A stretch of 64,000 nt of DNA from the human T2T-CHM13v2.0 reference genome, Homo sapiens: NCBI RefSeq assembly GCF_009914755.1, contig NC_060947.1; one strand, 5' to 3'. The notes under the pieces are model-generated. The model was not told where the DNA came from. It was given only the letters and a program-made list of their open reading frames with translations, and did no database searches. A program made the translations under genes and the position numbers. Shown here piece by piece: positions 45,252-57,786 of the stretch; position 1 is the stretch's first letter; the number at the start of each line of letters is the position of its first letter.

Positions 45252-45620
<369 letters not shown>

Positions 45621-45764
45621 TCAAAAACCAAAAAAGAGGTATCCTTATTTTCCCAGGCCTCAATGATGAAATGTGCCCAGTGTTCATTTGAATCTGCCCA
45701 TCAATTAGTCTTTTCCTGATGTCTCAGAGAAGCATGCATGATGTACGGAATGTCTTGGGTGACC

Positions 45765-45910
45765 TAGAGCGGCATCCCCAATAGGACTGCCCTGTGAACA
45801 TGGCCCCACATTCGGCTCTTGGGCACTTAAAAGATGTGGCCATTGTGACTGAGAAACTGAATTGTGAATGTTATTTAATTTTCACGTGTTTAAGATGTGG
45901 CCAGAGCAGA
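45765..45910. mobile_element. MER3-like fragment
   Basis: GCACTTAAAAGATGTGGCCATTGTGACTGAGAAACTGAATT. Confidence 0.6.
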
Positions 45911-46054
45911 CAGATGAACAGTCTGGCTTGATGGATAACTGCAGGGAGTTTCACGATGCTGGTAGGAGGCACAGTGAGCTTCTGGAAGAGCCGGCCCCAC
46001 CTAGGCCTGATTTTGGTGGCTGCTCAAAACCGCTGGTACTGAATTCCTTTAGAA

Positions 46055-46264
46055 TAGTGCTTCTCAAAGCGGGTGACTTTGTATCCTCCCCACCCTCCAG
46101 GGGCCATCTCACAATGTCTGGAGACATTTTTGGTGGTGACAGTGGGTGCTTCTGGCATCTGGTGAGTAGAGGCCAGGGACACTGCTCAACATCCCACAGT
46201 GCACAGGACGGCCTCATAACAAGGAATCATCTAGCCCCATATGCGCCACGATGGAGGAGCCCTG
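46055..46264 (+). mobile_element. MER20
   Basis: TAGTGCTTCTCAAAG...CAATGTCTGGAGACATTTTTGGT...GTAGAGGCCAGGGACACTGCTCAACATCCCACAGTGCACAGGAC. Confidence 0.9.
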
Positions 46265-46822
46265 CTTTCTATTCCGAAGACCAGCAGTCCTAAGATACGA
46301 TGTGGACAGCACAGACCCAGTTTTCTAAGTGAAGAGATAAGGCTTGAGCAGGCAGCAGCCTGGTAATGCCAAGGCCAGGACAGTTAGCCAAGTGTCTGAG
46401 TCCATGGAGCTTCTCGGGCAGTGTTCTCTTTTCTCTTCAGCTATTCCAGTTTGTATTAAGTGTAAGAATATGAAGTTGATGTTTGTCGTGAGTCAAGACG
46501 GTGACACAGAAGCAGTCTTTCGTGCTTTGGTCTAATAGCTTTATTGTTAAAGGAGAGAAACAGAAAACTCCTCTTTGCCTCTGCAGTTTTCTCTGAAATT
46601 GAATTTAGGGAAAGCTGACCCTAGACCATGCGTGCCCTTTCCACCAGCATCGCTGTGGGTTCCACTCGTGGGAGATCGATAAGGAAGTGGGGATGACCAC
46701 GCTGCACAGAAGTGTTCTCATCACTTTTGTGCTTGCTTATTTAACCCATGATTGTTAGAAAGCGTTTAGAAAGTTGGTCTTTGCAAACCAGCCCTGTTAA
46801 GTGCTGAGATGAAATTCTTAAC

Positions 46823-46947
46823 TTTTTTTTTCCTTCTTAGAGATAAGGCCTCACTCTGTCTCCCACGCTGGAGTGCAGTGGCGCAATCAAAGCTGACTGC
46901 AGCCTCCACCTCCTGGACTCAAGCAGTCCCCCCACCTCAGCCTCCCA
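46823..46947 (-). mobile_element. 5'-truncated AluJ (part of right arm)
   Basis: ~125 nt of reverse right arm flanked by TSD AAATTCTTAA. Confidence 0.88.
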
Positions 46948-48575
46948 AATTCTTAAAAATGCTAACAGTAACCCTCACACACAAAAAGTGCTGCCGTTAG
47001 AGATGGCACTGGTATTGAGAAGCACGTGCTGTCAGTGTTGCAATTGGTAATGCACACCACACTTGGGCATAGAAATTGGAAATCCAACTGCGCCAAGCTG
47101 GAGCCTGCAGAAAGGAGCACGAGGAGACGGGACAGCAATAGAGCTCTGTCGACGGCGCTAAGTAGAACCAGACGCTGCAATAAGACAAGCGTCCCCCTGT
47201 GCTCAGTACAAATGGGTTGCCTGTGGCAGATGCAGGGGTGGCTTTGGCAGAGAGACGGCTCCTGGCATCGTGGAATTGAATTGGCTGTTTCTTTTAAAGA
47301 TACTGCAAATTGCGGCAGCATTTATCATCCTAAGGAAGCCCGCACAGCTTGCCAAACAGATAATATTGATGATGATAACAACAATGATAAAAGGAAACCA
47401 TGATGCCTCTACTCAATGAAAATCACTTTTATCTTATTTGCAAAAGTCAGAGGTAGGACAGATGTGTCAGCGTCTTAATAAGACAGTTATTCAAGGAGTT
47501 AAATTGAAATTATTCACATACCCAAAATAAGCTATTTGGCAAACCTGGAGACCCAGGGGCCTTTGGATCTATCTTAGTGTAAAATTTCTTGAAGCAGAGA
47601 CCTAGTAGGTACTCTGTTGCTTATGGTTCCAGGCAATGTATTGTTTTTTCTTCCCCCTAAATATCTGTGAATGTGTGAAGTACCCTGTGTGCCAGAGATG
47701 GAAAGTAAAACCACAGAAGCGGGGTGCGGGGAGATGGCAGCTAAATTCCTTTTCAGCAGAGTTGAAGCATCTTGTTGTAAGAGTCTAGCTCCACAACAGT
47801 GGGATGCAGGAAACTGTAACAGCTGAAATACCCAACAGATGTATTCACCATCAGTGCATTGGGAAACCCTCTCAAAAGTGTCATCACAAATGATGATCTT
47901 AACTTTTGTATGACAGGATCTTTAGGTCACCCAACAGTAGGTGCACAGTTTCTATGATTTCAATTTTTACCACTTCTGGAGACTTGTCTTCCCATTTCTT
48001 GTATCAGTGCCTTACTGATAGAGTTGGAAATTGGAACCAAAGTAATTAGATTGGCTCTCCAGATCTCTTACATGAGCCAAGAAAGGATTCAAAAGCATGC
48101 CCTGTTTCCTTCTTGACAGGCTGGGAGAGGAAGTGACCGGGAAGTGAATTGCTAAGATGTGGTCGTCATTTTCCTTTACACCACAGAGCCTCTGCGTTTG
48201 GGAACTGCAGGTTCATCCGAGTCAATGTCAGAAGTGCCTTGTGTCTACTGTAGTGAACATCCTTTGTTTCCATCGGGTCCTGTGGGAAGCAGCACTGCTT
48301 ATTGGGTGGTTTGAGGGTGAATGCTATTTTACAACTTGTGTCCCCCTTGACACACTACCTTTTCATTTTAGCATGGAGCACAGAGCCATTTCTCCCCTGT
48401 GCTGGATTTTGAATGTTCTTTCAACCACCGTGATAGAATGTCCAAGAAAGGAACAAAGGAAGAGGCAACTAAGGGAATCTTTCAGTGGGTTCATAAGCCA
48501 TGCTGCTCCTGGCTTTGACAGGAGTTAAAATCATGGGTATCCCTAAACCACTATCATTATTGGAGTTGCTGTTAC

Positions 48576-49667
48576 TGTCGACGTAAAGAGTCAAACTCTG
48601 TAAAATATTTGAAGAGATTTATTCTGAGCCAACTCTGAGTGGCCATGGCCTGTGACACAGCCCTCAGGAGATCCTGAGTACATGTGCCCAAGGTGGTGGG
48701 GGCACAACTTGGTTTTATACATTTTAGGGAGAACACAGTTTGGTTTTATATGTGAACCCCCAAAATCTGAGACGGGTCTCAATCAATTTAGGAAGTTTAT
48801 TTTGCCAAAGTTAAGGATGCGCACCCATGACACAACCTCAGGAGGTCCTGACGATGTGCCCAAGGTGGTCCAAGCACAGCTTGGTTTTATACATTTTAGG
48901 GAGACATGAAACATCAATCAGTATATGTAGGATGAACATTGGTTTGGTCTGGAAAGGCGGGACAACTCAAAGTGGGGAGGGGGCTCCCAGGTCATAGGTA
49001 GACAAGGGACAAATAGTTGTATTCTTACGAGTTTCTGATTAGCGTCTCCAAAGGAGGCCATCAGATATGCATCTATATCAGTGAGCAGAGGCCTGTCGTT
49101 GAATAGAAGGGGAGGCAGGTTTGCTCTGAGCAGTTCCCAGCTGGATTTTCCCTTTAACTTAGTGATTTGGGAGCCCCAAGATTTATTTTCCTTTCACATA
49201 CACATTTGAGGGAGACATGAGGCATTGATCAGACACATTTAAGGTAGACATTGGTTCAGTCCAGAAAGGTGGGACAACTTGAAGCAAGGGTGCAGGGGGA
49301 AGGGGGGGTGCTTTCAGGTTATAGGTAGATTTAAAATTTTTTTGATAGGCCATTGGTTGAAAGAGTCATTACCAATAGAAAGGAATGTCTGGGCTACCTT
49401 AAGAGGTTGTGGTGACCAGTGTTTTATCCTGCAGATGTAGCCTCCAGGTAGCAGGCTTCAGAGGGAACAGATTGTAAATGTTTCTTATCAGACTTGAGGT
49501 CTGTGATGATGTTCGTGCTGGAGGGGCTTAATGAGGCATGCTTGACCCCCACTTCCCGGCAGTCATGGCCTGGTCCGTCTTTCAGGATAAATTTAGTTGG
49601 CCTTGGCCCAGAGGAGGAAGTCCATTCAGGTGCTTGGGGGGCTTTCGAATGTTATTGTTGGTTTACA
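48576..49667 (-). mobile_element. MER4-group ERV1 solo LTR (MER4B/C/D-like), host of a nested LTR
   Basis: TG...CA termini; GAGATTTATTCTGAGCC and TGTGCCCAAGGTGG motifs; 4-bp TSD TTAC/TTAT. Confidence 0.85.
48751..49198 (-). mobile_element. MER4A-like ERV1 solo LTR nested in the MER4 LTR
   Basis: TGTGAACCCC...GATTTATTTTCCTTTCACA (reverse of the MER4A start TGTGAAAGGAAAATAAATC); TSD TATA/TACA. Confidence 0.88.
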
Positions 49668-50032
49668 TTATGATTGTCATTGTTATTAAAAAACTAAGGG
49701 CTGTAGAGAAATGGTTGCAGCATCCATCATGTGTCCCTAGGAATTGCACATAGCTAAGTGAGAACCTCACAGAACCCTTTCACGTGCAGCCCGATGCTGT
49801 CACTGTTCATAAACAATTGTATTTTGCCTTCCTGAAAGGCCATCTGAGTTCATTAAACTTGCATGCTTCCATATCTATACATTCTTTTCTCATGGCCTCT
49901 TTGTGGATGGTTTGTTTTACCATTTGTTGTCCATCAGCTTGAATGGTAGGGGGAAGAGTTCACACCGTGCCCCCTGTGTAGCAGAATAGCCCACAGTTCA
50001 GGCATGGCTCTCCAGCAAGGAGCTTTCTAGGG

Positions 50033-50247
50033 CTCTGATGCTCACCAGTGGGGGGATTGGGCACCCCTCCGCAACTGCCAGGGGACATTGACAATGTCTG
50101 GAGACATTTTGGGTTGTCTCAGTAGCTGTGTGGGGGATGCTGTTGGCTAGTGGGTGGAGCCCCGGGATGCTGCTAACATCCCACCATGCACAGTACAGCC
50201 CCAACAGCCAAGAGTGATGGCTCACAAATGCCAACATAAGAAACCCA
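50033..50247 (+). mobile_element. MER20
   Basis: GGGGACATTGACAATGTCTGGAGACATTTTGGGTTGTC; perfect 8-bp hAT TSD TTCTAGGG. Confidence 0.9.
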
Positions 50248-51114
50248 TTCTAGGGTACCTTTCATTTGCTTAGTGCTGCGAGAAGGTTTATCTGCCAAAG
50301 ATCATCATCTTGGAGAGGGCCAAGATCCTGTATCCTGTACTGGACAGATATGCAGGCATTCAAATTCTGAAACGCCGTTGGAAACATGAGGCTCGGATCA
50401 CAGAAGCCTCCTGTACATAGAGCAAATGAGAGCTGGAGGCCTGCTGCCCAGCCCAGCTGAGTCCTGTTTCTTATTTCGGTTTTCCTTTAGATTCCACCGA
50501 AGTTTCTCTGAAGAATGCTGACTCAGGCTGCCCCTTTTATTCCATTTCTTTGCAGGGCAGTTTAGGTGAAGCTGGAACACAGTGTTCCCTGAGGAAGCAT
50601 TAGGACAATTAGACCCTGCCTTTGCTAAATGAATGTATCAAGAACCTTCAACGTCTTTACAAGAAGCAGGATAACCATTTTGCAGAGTACTGTGCTTAGT
50701 AGCAGAGCATGGCTTCTGTTACACAGTTTCAGTATTGCAAAGGTCCCCAGCCAGTACAGTCCCACCCTTAATTACTGCTTCAGAGCTGCAAGTTAACGTT
50801 TAAAGTGTTTTCACAGTAGCTTGAAGTGTGATCTCCCATATTACGGTCATATCCTTGGACTTAGCCCATGTTACATAAATTAGATCTTTATAAGCAGCAC
50901 ACTTCTTTGCAAGCAATTTGCTTCCCTTTGGGAATCTGATTCCATAGAAAACAGTAGTATTTTAAACATGTTGATTCTAGTACTTACAGTTCTATTCACG
51001 TGCTCCTGGTATAGTACATCTAATAAGAAAGAATCCCTTATTTTTACTTTTATCCAAATGCATGTATGTTCTTTCAGCATGAGATATAATTTGTCTGATC
51101 AAGTATATAGGGAG

Positions 51115-51178
51115 ATGAGATTAAGAATTAAGATTTGTTTCAAGATATGAGATTAAGAATTAAGATTTATTTCAAGAA
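51115..51178. repeat. 32-bp tandem duplication
   Basis: ATGAGATTAAGAATTAAGATTT(G/A)TTTCAAGA(T/A) x2. Confidence 0.9.
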
Positions 51179-51379
51179 ACTCAATTGCATGGTTGCTCGC
51201 ATAAGCCACTATGCAGTGGCAGCTTTAATGAATGGGGTTCCAATGTTTTCCTTACTGTTTTCAAGAAGGTAGTGAATAAAATTAGATGTTAAAGCGAATT
51301 GCATTGTGTGAAGATTGGGACAGATGCCACATATATAGTTCAGATGCTTGCCTGCCAGTCCCTGAGATATACTCTTAGC

Positions 51380-51618
51380 TTGTTAATATGGAAATTGTCA
51401 AACATATTCAGAAGTATACAGAATATCTTGGTATATTCCTGTGTATTCTTCACTCATCTCCAGCCACTGTTAGCGTGTCACGAGCTTGTCTCATCGTCCC
51501 CTCACTGTTTTCTCTTTAGAGTAATTTAAAGCAGATCTCAGACATCATGTGATTTTTACCTATAAACATTTCAAGTTGTATCCCTAATATAGAAGGATTT
51601 TTTTATGATACTATTATT
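51380..51618 (-). mobile_element. Old L1 (L1MC/ME) 3' fragment
   Basis: GGAAATTGTCAAACATA...TTTAAAGCAGATCTCAGACATCATGT. Confidence 0.6.
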
Positions 51619-51619
51619 C

Positions 51620-52012
51620 TGTAATTGTTTCCTGTTTGCCTTAACGAAAAGACCACAGACTAGGTGGCTTAAAATAGCAGAGATGTATTGTGTCATTGTT
51701 GAGGAGGTCAGCAGGGTGGTCAGGCGGCAGCAGGGTGGCTTCCTTTTGGAGGCTCCAAGGGAGAGCCCCTTCTGTGTCTGTCCTCCAGGTTCTGGTGCCT
51801 GCAGGTGCCCCTTGGCCTGTGGCTGCATAACGCCAATCTCTGTCTGTTAGGAGGACACTGTGTTTAGAGCCCATGCAATAACCCAGAATACCTCATCTCA
51901 GGATTCTTAATTTAATTACATCTGCAGTGACCCTTTTTTCCCAAATGAGGTCACATTCAGTCTTTTACTATATAAGGTCATATTCACAGAGTCCAGGGAT
52001 CAGGTTGTGTAC
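51620..52012 (-). mobile_element. MLT1C-like MaLR LTR
   Basis: ACCACAGACTAGGTGGCTTAAAA...TTAATTACATCTGCAGTGACCC...CCAAATGAGGTCACATTC. Confidence 0.8.
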
Positions 52013-52374
52013 TTAATCCTGTTTCTTTCGTGCTCATGGGAATGTATGAGTTAGGGGAATACAGATTATCTTTGTGTTGTAGGGTTTCCTTAAGATTATG
52101 ATTTATTGAAAAAGAAGGTCAATGGCATATAAAGGAAAATGTCATTGATAAATATAAAAAGAAATACAAGTTTTTTAGGCCAAGCAGAATGCTTATAGGA
52201 GCCAGTGTCTTGGATTAAAATTATATGTGAACCTCAAGTGTTATCATCTATAAAGTGAAGGTAGCCGTGAATTACCTCTTAGATTGTTGTGAAGATAAAA
52301 ATGAATACAGCATTAACACAGTATATAAATGCTAAGCATTTAGTAATTACAGTTCGCCTCTTTTTTTCTGGAGG

Positions 52375-53150
52375 CTCAAAGTTGATTGTAAATGTCAAAC
52401 CAAGAAATAATACTAGGTACTAGCAACACATAATGCAAAGGAATGATTCCTGTGATACATGAAGAACTCCTATAAAGTACTAAGGAGGATGACCAGCAGC
52501 AGGCCATGAGAAAAATGAAAAAAGACATGAACAGTTTTCTTAAAGGGAAATAATGAATAGCTCTAAAATGTATGGAATGAAGCTCAATCTCCCTCATGAC
52601 ATGGGGAATGCAGATGAAAAGTGTAAGGTACCATTTCACCTTTCCCATTAGTAGAGGTCAGAGGTGTGACTGTGTTCCGCTGGCAGGAGCTCAAATAAAA
52701 GCGGGTGTTGTTGCTGGCAGGCATTGCAAGAGGTCCAGCCTCTTTGGGGAGCAGATTGGCAAAAGATATCTGACCTAGAATTGTCACTTCTTGGGATTTA
52801 GCTCATGGACATAGTGTAAATATATGCAAAGAAGTACTCACATGATATTCACCAAAGGCATTGTAAAAGCAGAAGGATGAAAGCAACCACCCACAGTGAA
52901 CGTGTTAGATTATAATAAAGGCATAGAATCTATCAAACAATAGGAAAAAAAGCATAATTCTGTATATGGAATGAACTCCACATGACGCTCTTGCATGTAA
53001 AAAGCAAGACAGATACCTGATTGTGAGTAGAGTTTAATACAAGTTCTATGTCAAAGTGGGAGGAGCTATATGGGCTGGTCTAGGTAGAATATTTCTGGAA
53101 GGAAATACCAAAAATTGGACTTCCCTGTTGGGGAGAGGTGGATTTTAGAG
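52375..53150 (+). mobile_element. L1ME-like ORF2 end / 3' UTR relic
   Basis: GAAGAACTCCTATAA...AAAAGACATGAACAG...GCAGATGAAA..GGTACCATTTCACC. Confidence 0.7.
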
Positions 53151-53261
53151 ATGGGGTAGTAGCAGCTTCTCAAAAACCAAGAGAAAGCTTCGCATTTACA
53201 ATGGGATTATTGGAAGCAATAGGAAACACCCATTTTTGTAAAATCTGTGAGAATGTGTATA

Positions 53262-53602
53262 CTTGGTAAAAGTATAGATATTCAGCCATTAAAAGGAATG
53301 AAGTATTCATATATGCTACATTGTGAGAATTGAGGATATGCTACATTGAAAGAAACCAGCCACAAAAGACTGTATAAGGTTCCATTTGTGGAAAATACTC
53401 AGAAAACCTTGGGGGAGGAGGGGACAGGAAGTGTCTGTTTAGTGGGTATTAGATCTCCTTTGGAGGAGAGGAAAATGTTTTGGAATTAGATACAGAGGTG
53501 GCGGTGATTGTATAACATTGTGAATGCCCCCAAATGCCACTAAATTGTACACTTGAAAATGGTTAATTTTATGTCGTGAATGTTACTTCAATTTTTAAAA
53601 AA
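53262..53602 (+). mobile_element. L1MB 3' end
   Basis: ATTCAGCCATTAAAAGGAATGAAGTA...AAATTGTACACTTGAAAATGGTTAATTTTATG. Confidence 0.85.
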
Positions 53603-53877
53603 ATCCAACTGCAAGGAGAGAAGATTCTCTAGGGAATGGCTTGTCAAAGCATCCATGTCAAAGGGACCATTTAAAAATTTCCAGTCTGAGGTGGGTGCCT
53701 TTGTGAAAAGCAATTAAAATGTATAACTAGAAGAGCAATCATGTCTCAGACACCAACGCAAGCACAACTTGCCCTAAGTTTTCTAAGCACTTCTTACCTC
53801 ATTCATTCATCACCAGAGACAGACAGTTCCCAGGCCAGAATCCGCACCTGGATGCAACTTTTAATACATGGATCTAG

Positions 53878-54050
53878 AGTTGTGTTCTTCCAGCTCTAGA
53901 AGAGCTCCATGCCACCCCCCTCCCCTCCCCCCCCCCCGCCACAGCTTGTCAGAAATGCAGATCACAGGCCGTCTCTAGGTCTGCTGAATGAGAATTTGCA
54001 TTTTAGTAAGCTGCCTAGGCAGCTCAGAAGCACATTAAAGTTTGAGAGGG
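53878..54050. mobile_element. MER5-like hAT-Charlie
   Basis: CTTGTCAGAAATGCAGAT...CTGCTGAATGAGAATTTGCATTTT...CACATTAAAGTTTGAGA. Confidence 0.75.
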
Positions 54051-54141
54051 TAATTTGGGGACAGTAAAGTGCAGTCGGAGGAGGATGGTTTTGTGGCCCT
54101 TTGGACTGGTCACTTAATGACTGTGACCCTGGGCAAGGGAC

Positions 54142-54484
54142 TGGGTTCGTTCCCTAGGCTCCTGTAACAGAGTGCCACAGACTGGTGGCTTACCGTATAG
54201 AAACAAATGCTCTGCAGCTCCAGAGGCCACAGGTCTGAAACTGTGGTGTTGTGGGGTTGGCACCTGTTCCAGGCCTCTCTTCTTGGCTTGTAGAAGGCTG
54301 TCTTCATGTTCACATGACCTTCTGCCTATGTGCAGTTCTGTGTCCAAATTCCCCACCTTAATGACATCATCTTCACTAATTACATGTACGGCGACCTTAT
54401 GTCCAAGTCAGGTCACATTCTGAGGTACTGGGCGCTAGGACTTTAACATGTGAATTTTAGGGGAACACAGTTGAACCCGTAGCA
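54142..54484 (-). mobile_element. MLT1B/C-like MaLR LTR nested in a MIR
   Basis: GGTCACATTCTGAGGTACTGGG...AACACAGTTGAACCCGTAGCA; MIR halves CTGTGACCCTGGGCAAG and TACTTAACCT flank it. Confidence 0.82.
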
Positions 54485-54544
54485 GTACTTAACCTTTCTA
54501 ATCCTCAATTTCGTCATCTTAAAAATGAGTAAACTACACATTAA

Positions 54545-55206
54545 TGTGGGTACCATCAAAAAAACAAAAAAACCAACCCAAAAAATAGTAAGTGTTGGCA
54601 GGGATGTGGAGAAATTGGAACTCTTATGCACTATTGGAAGGATCATAAACAGGTAAACACTATAGACTATAGTTCAGCAGTTTCTTAAAACTAGAATTAT
54701 CAGATGATCCAGCAAATCCACTTTTGGGTATACATCCAAAAGAATTGAAATCAGAATCTCAAAGAGACACTTACACACTCAGGTTTAGAGCAGCGTTATT
54801 TATATTAACCAAGAGGTGGAAACAGCCCACATGTCCCTCAGCAGATGACTGGATAAACAAAATGTGGCCTGTCCACACAATGGAATAGTATTCGGCCTTG
54901 AAAAGGAAGGAAATCCTATCACATGCCGCAATTTTGTATGAAACTTGTGGACATTATGTTAAGTGAAATAAGCCAGTCACAGAAGAGAAATACTGTATAA
55001 TCCCACTTTCATGAGGTATCTAAAGTACACAAATTCGTAGAGACAGAAAGTAGAATGGCAGTTGCCAGGGGCTGGGGGAGGTGAAATGGGGAATTGTTGA
55101 ATGGGCATAGAGTTTGAGTTTTGCAAGATAAAGAGAGTTCTGGAGATTGGTTGCACAGCATTGTGAATTTAACACTGTTGAACTGTGTACTTAAAAATGG
55201 TTAAGA
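54545..55206 (+). mobile_element. L1MB-like 3' end
   Basis: AAGTGTTGGCAGGGATGTGGAGAAATTGGAAC...GAGACAGAAAGTAGAATGG...TTAAAAATGGTTAAG. Confidence 0.92.
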
Positions 55207-55507
55207 GGCTGGATGTTTTGGGTCACACCTGTAGTTCCAGGGCTATGGGAGGCTCAGGTGGGAGGATGGCTTGAGGCCAGGAATTCAAGACCAGCCTGGG
55301 CAACATAGTGAGACCCCATCTTTTACAAAAAATTAAAATTAGCCAGGCATGGTACTGCATGCCTTTAGTCCCAGCTACTTGAGAGGCTAAGGCAGGAGGA
55401 TCGTTTGAGCCCAGGAGGTCAAGGCTGCAGTGAGCTATGATCACACAGTTGCACTCCAGCCTGGGTGACAGAGCAAGATTCTATCTCAAAAAAATAAATA
55501 AATAAAA
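55207..55507 (+). mobile_element. AluJ SINE
   Basis: Full dimer with (AAAT)n tail. Confidence 0.93.
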
Positions 55508-56212
55508 GATGGAGAGGAGCGTTACTTTTTTGTGTGCAGGAACGATTGCTGACTGCAGAGCCTGGCTGGCTAAAATTAGATTTGCCTTGTCAGTATAATA
55601 ATTGTAGGTATTTTTGGAGGGAAGGATGCCTGGAGCCCGGCTGGGTTATTTCCGCCCTTGGAGTGAGCCAGGGCAGCTTAGAGGGCTACCCGCGTGCAGC
55701 CCTGGAAGGTACCGAAGGAGCCCTGGAGGCACCGAGCGCTGGAGGCCTCATCCCTGAGCAGGTTGCCCTCCTTCTGGTCGGATGGCAGGGCGGAAACCCA
55801 TCTGTGTCGGGAGTGAGAGCTGTCTGCTGTCCGCGGCTTGCGCTTGGAGCTTTTCCTGCAGTCCAGGGAGAGCAGAGGAGGCCAGTGACTTCCATGAAAA
55901 CACCCCCAGTGGTGGGGAGGGAGGCGGCATCCCTTGGAGGTAGGGATGGGGCCCCTGCTGTGACCCATTAGAGGCAAAGAAGGGCTTGGAAGTTTCATTT
56001 TGTCTTACATGAGTGTGTGTGCCGAGTTCACATTATTTGCACATCTGTGTTTGTTTTTATATAATGATAAGGACATCAGTTTCCATTGATAAACTATAAG
56101 GAAGATGTGCCATGTTTACCAGGGCCAGAGTGAAGAGACTGAGGTGCTTGCTTTGGGAGAAAAATTTGAGGGGGTGACAAACACCACAGACATCAAGATA
56201 AATTATCTGTGT

Positions 56213-56985
56213 GTATTTTAATAGCTTTATTGAGATGCTGTGCACAGCCATACAATTCACGCATTTGCAGTGCACAGTTCAGAGGTTTTTACTATATCCA
56301 CAGAGGCGTGCACCCGTCACCACAGCCCAGTTTAGAACATTTTCATCACCTGGGGAAGAAACACCCACCCAGTGGCAGTCACTTCCCACCCCACCCCCAC
56401 CCCTGCCACCGTGCATTCTGCTTTCTGTAGATGAATGCGTTTGTCTACTCTAGGAACCTCATACAAGCAGAGTCATACAGTGTCTGTCCTTCTGTGTCTG
56501 ACTTCTTTCACTCTGCGTGTGTTCCTGGTTCATTCATGTGGTAGCACGTGCCAGACATTCCTTTCTGTTACACAGTACTGTATGTATTATATATGTACAC
56601 AGCCGGCTGTTCATATCCACGAGTTCTGCTTCTATGAATTCAACCAACCGTGGATTGAAAGTATTTGGGAAAAATAATAATGCAACAATAAAAAAATACA
56701 AGTTTAAAAACAAATAGAGCATAACAGATATTTACATGACATTGACATTGTATTGGGTATGATACATAATCCAGAGGTGATTTAAAGTGTAAGGGAGGAT
56801 GAGCGGTTATATGCAGATGCTACTCCCTTTTATCTAAGGGACTGGAGGATACTCGGATTTTGGTATCTGCAGGGGTCCTGGACCCATCCCCTGTGGATGC
56901 TCAGGGGCGGCTGCACCACATTTGATCTATGTGTTCATCTGTCAGTAGATGTTTGGGTTGTTTCCATTCATTTTTTGGCTAAGTG
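56213..56985 (-). mobile_element. L1MB8-like 3' end interrupted by MER2
   Basis: TTTTAATAGCTTTATTGAGAT...TTTAGAACATTTTCATCACC; resumes after 56913. Confidence 0.75.
56600..56913. mobile_element. MER2-like Tigger DNA transposon
   Basis: CAG...GAATTCAACCAACCGTGGATTGAAA...GATTTTGGTATCTGCAGGGGTCCTGG...CTG with terminal inverted repeats. Confidence 0.85.
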
Positions 56986-57604
56986 AATAATATTTTAATG
57001 TGATATTTAAAAAATTAAAATGAATGCAAGAAATTCCATGAGGAACAAAATATTAATTTTAAGTAAAGACCACAGGATCAGTATTTCTGAAGTTTCCTTT
57101 TGCCTCAGGATCCAGTATGGCTCCATACATTACTGATCCTGTCTCTCTCTCTAACATTTTGATATTTTGTCATGTACTTTTTGCATTCATTTTGATTTTT
57201 TTTTTTTTCTTTTTGAGACAGAGTCTCTGTTGCCCAGGCTGGAGTGCAGTGATGCGATCTCGGCTCACTGCAACCACCGCTTTCCAGGTTCAAGCATTCT
57301 CCTGCCTCAGTCTCCTGAGTAGCTGGGATTACAGGCACACACCACCACGCCCGGCTAATTTTTGTATTTTTAGTAGAGACTGGGTTTTACCATGTTGGCC
57401 AGGCTGGTCCCAAACTCCTGACTTCAGGTGATCCACCTGCCTCGACCTCCCAAAGTGCTGGGATTACAGGTGTGAGCCACTGCGCCCGTCCTCATTTTGA
57501 TTTTTAAAGATAATGTATTACACTATTGTTTCTTTTGATGGTTGAATTTTCTGGCATCCCCTTCAATTTTGCACCAGAGGTAAGTGATCCTAATCCCTGC
57601 CCTG
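56986..57604. mobile_element. Palindromic non-autonomous DNA transposon (hAT-Tip100, FordPrefect-like) split by an Alu
   Basis: Long imperfect inverted arms and an AATTTTGCACCAGAGG...CCCTG terminus; family assignment from memory only. Confidence 0.5.
57196..57491 (-). mobile_element. AluSx-like SINE
   Basis: Full reverse Alu; TSD TCATTTTGATTTTT. Confidence 0.95.
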
Positions 57605-57786
57605 ACATTTTACACTGTGCTGTGAATACCCCAGGGCATCATGAGGAATAAAATTTGAAAGTGTATTTCAGTGAGCTAACTTGGCTGGACAGAATACCCA
57701 TGGGTTATCCTTACCAGTGGTGCCATATTTATGCCTTTCAGCAGTGTTGTGATTAAACTCAGGTCCAGTAAAATTATCATTATACT

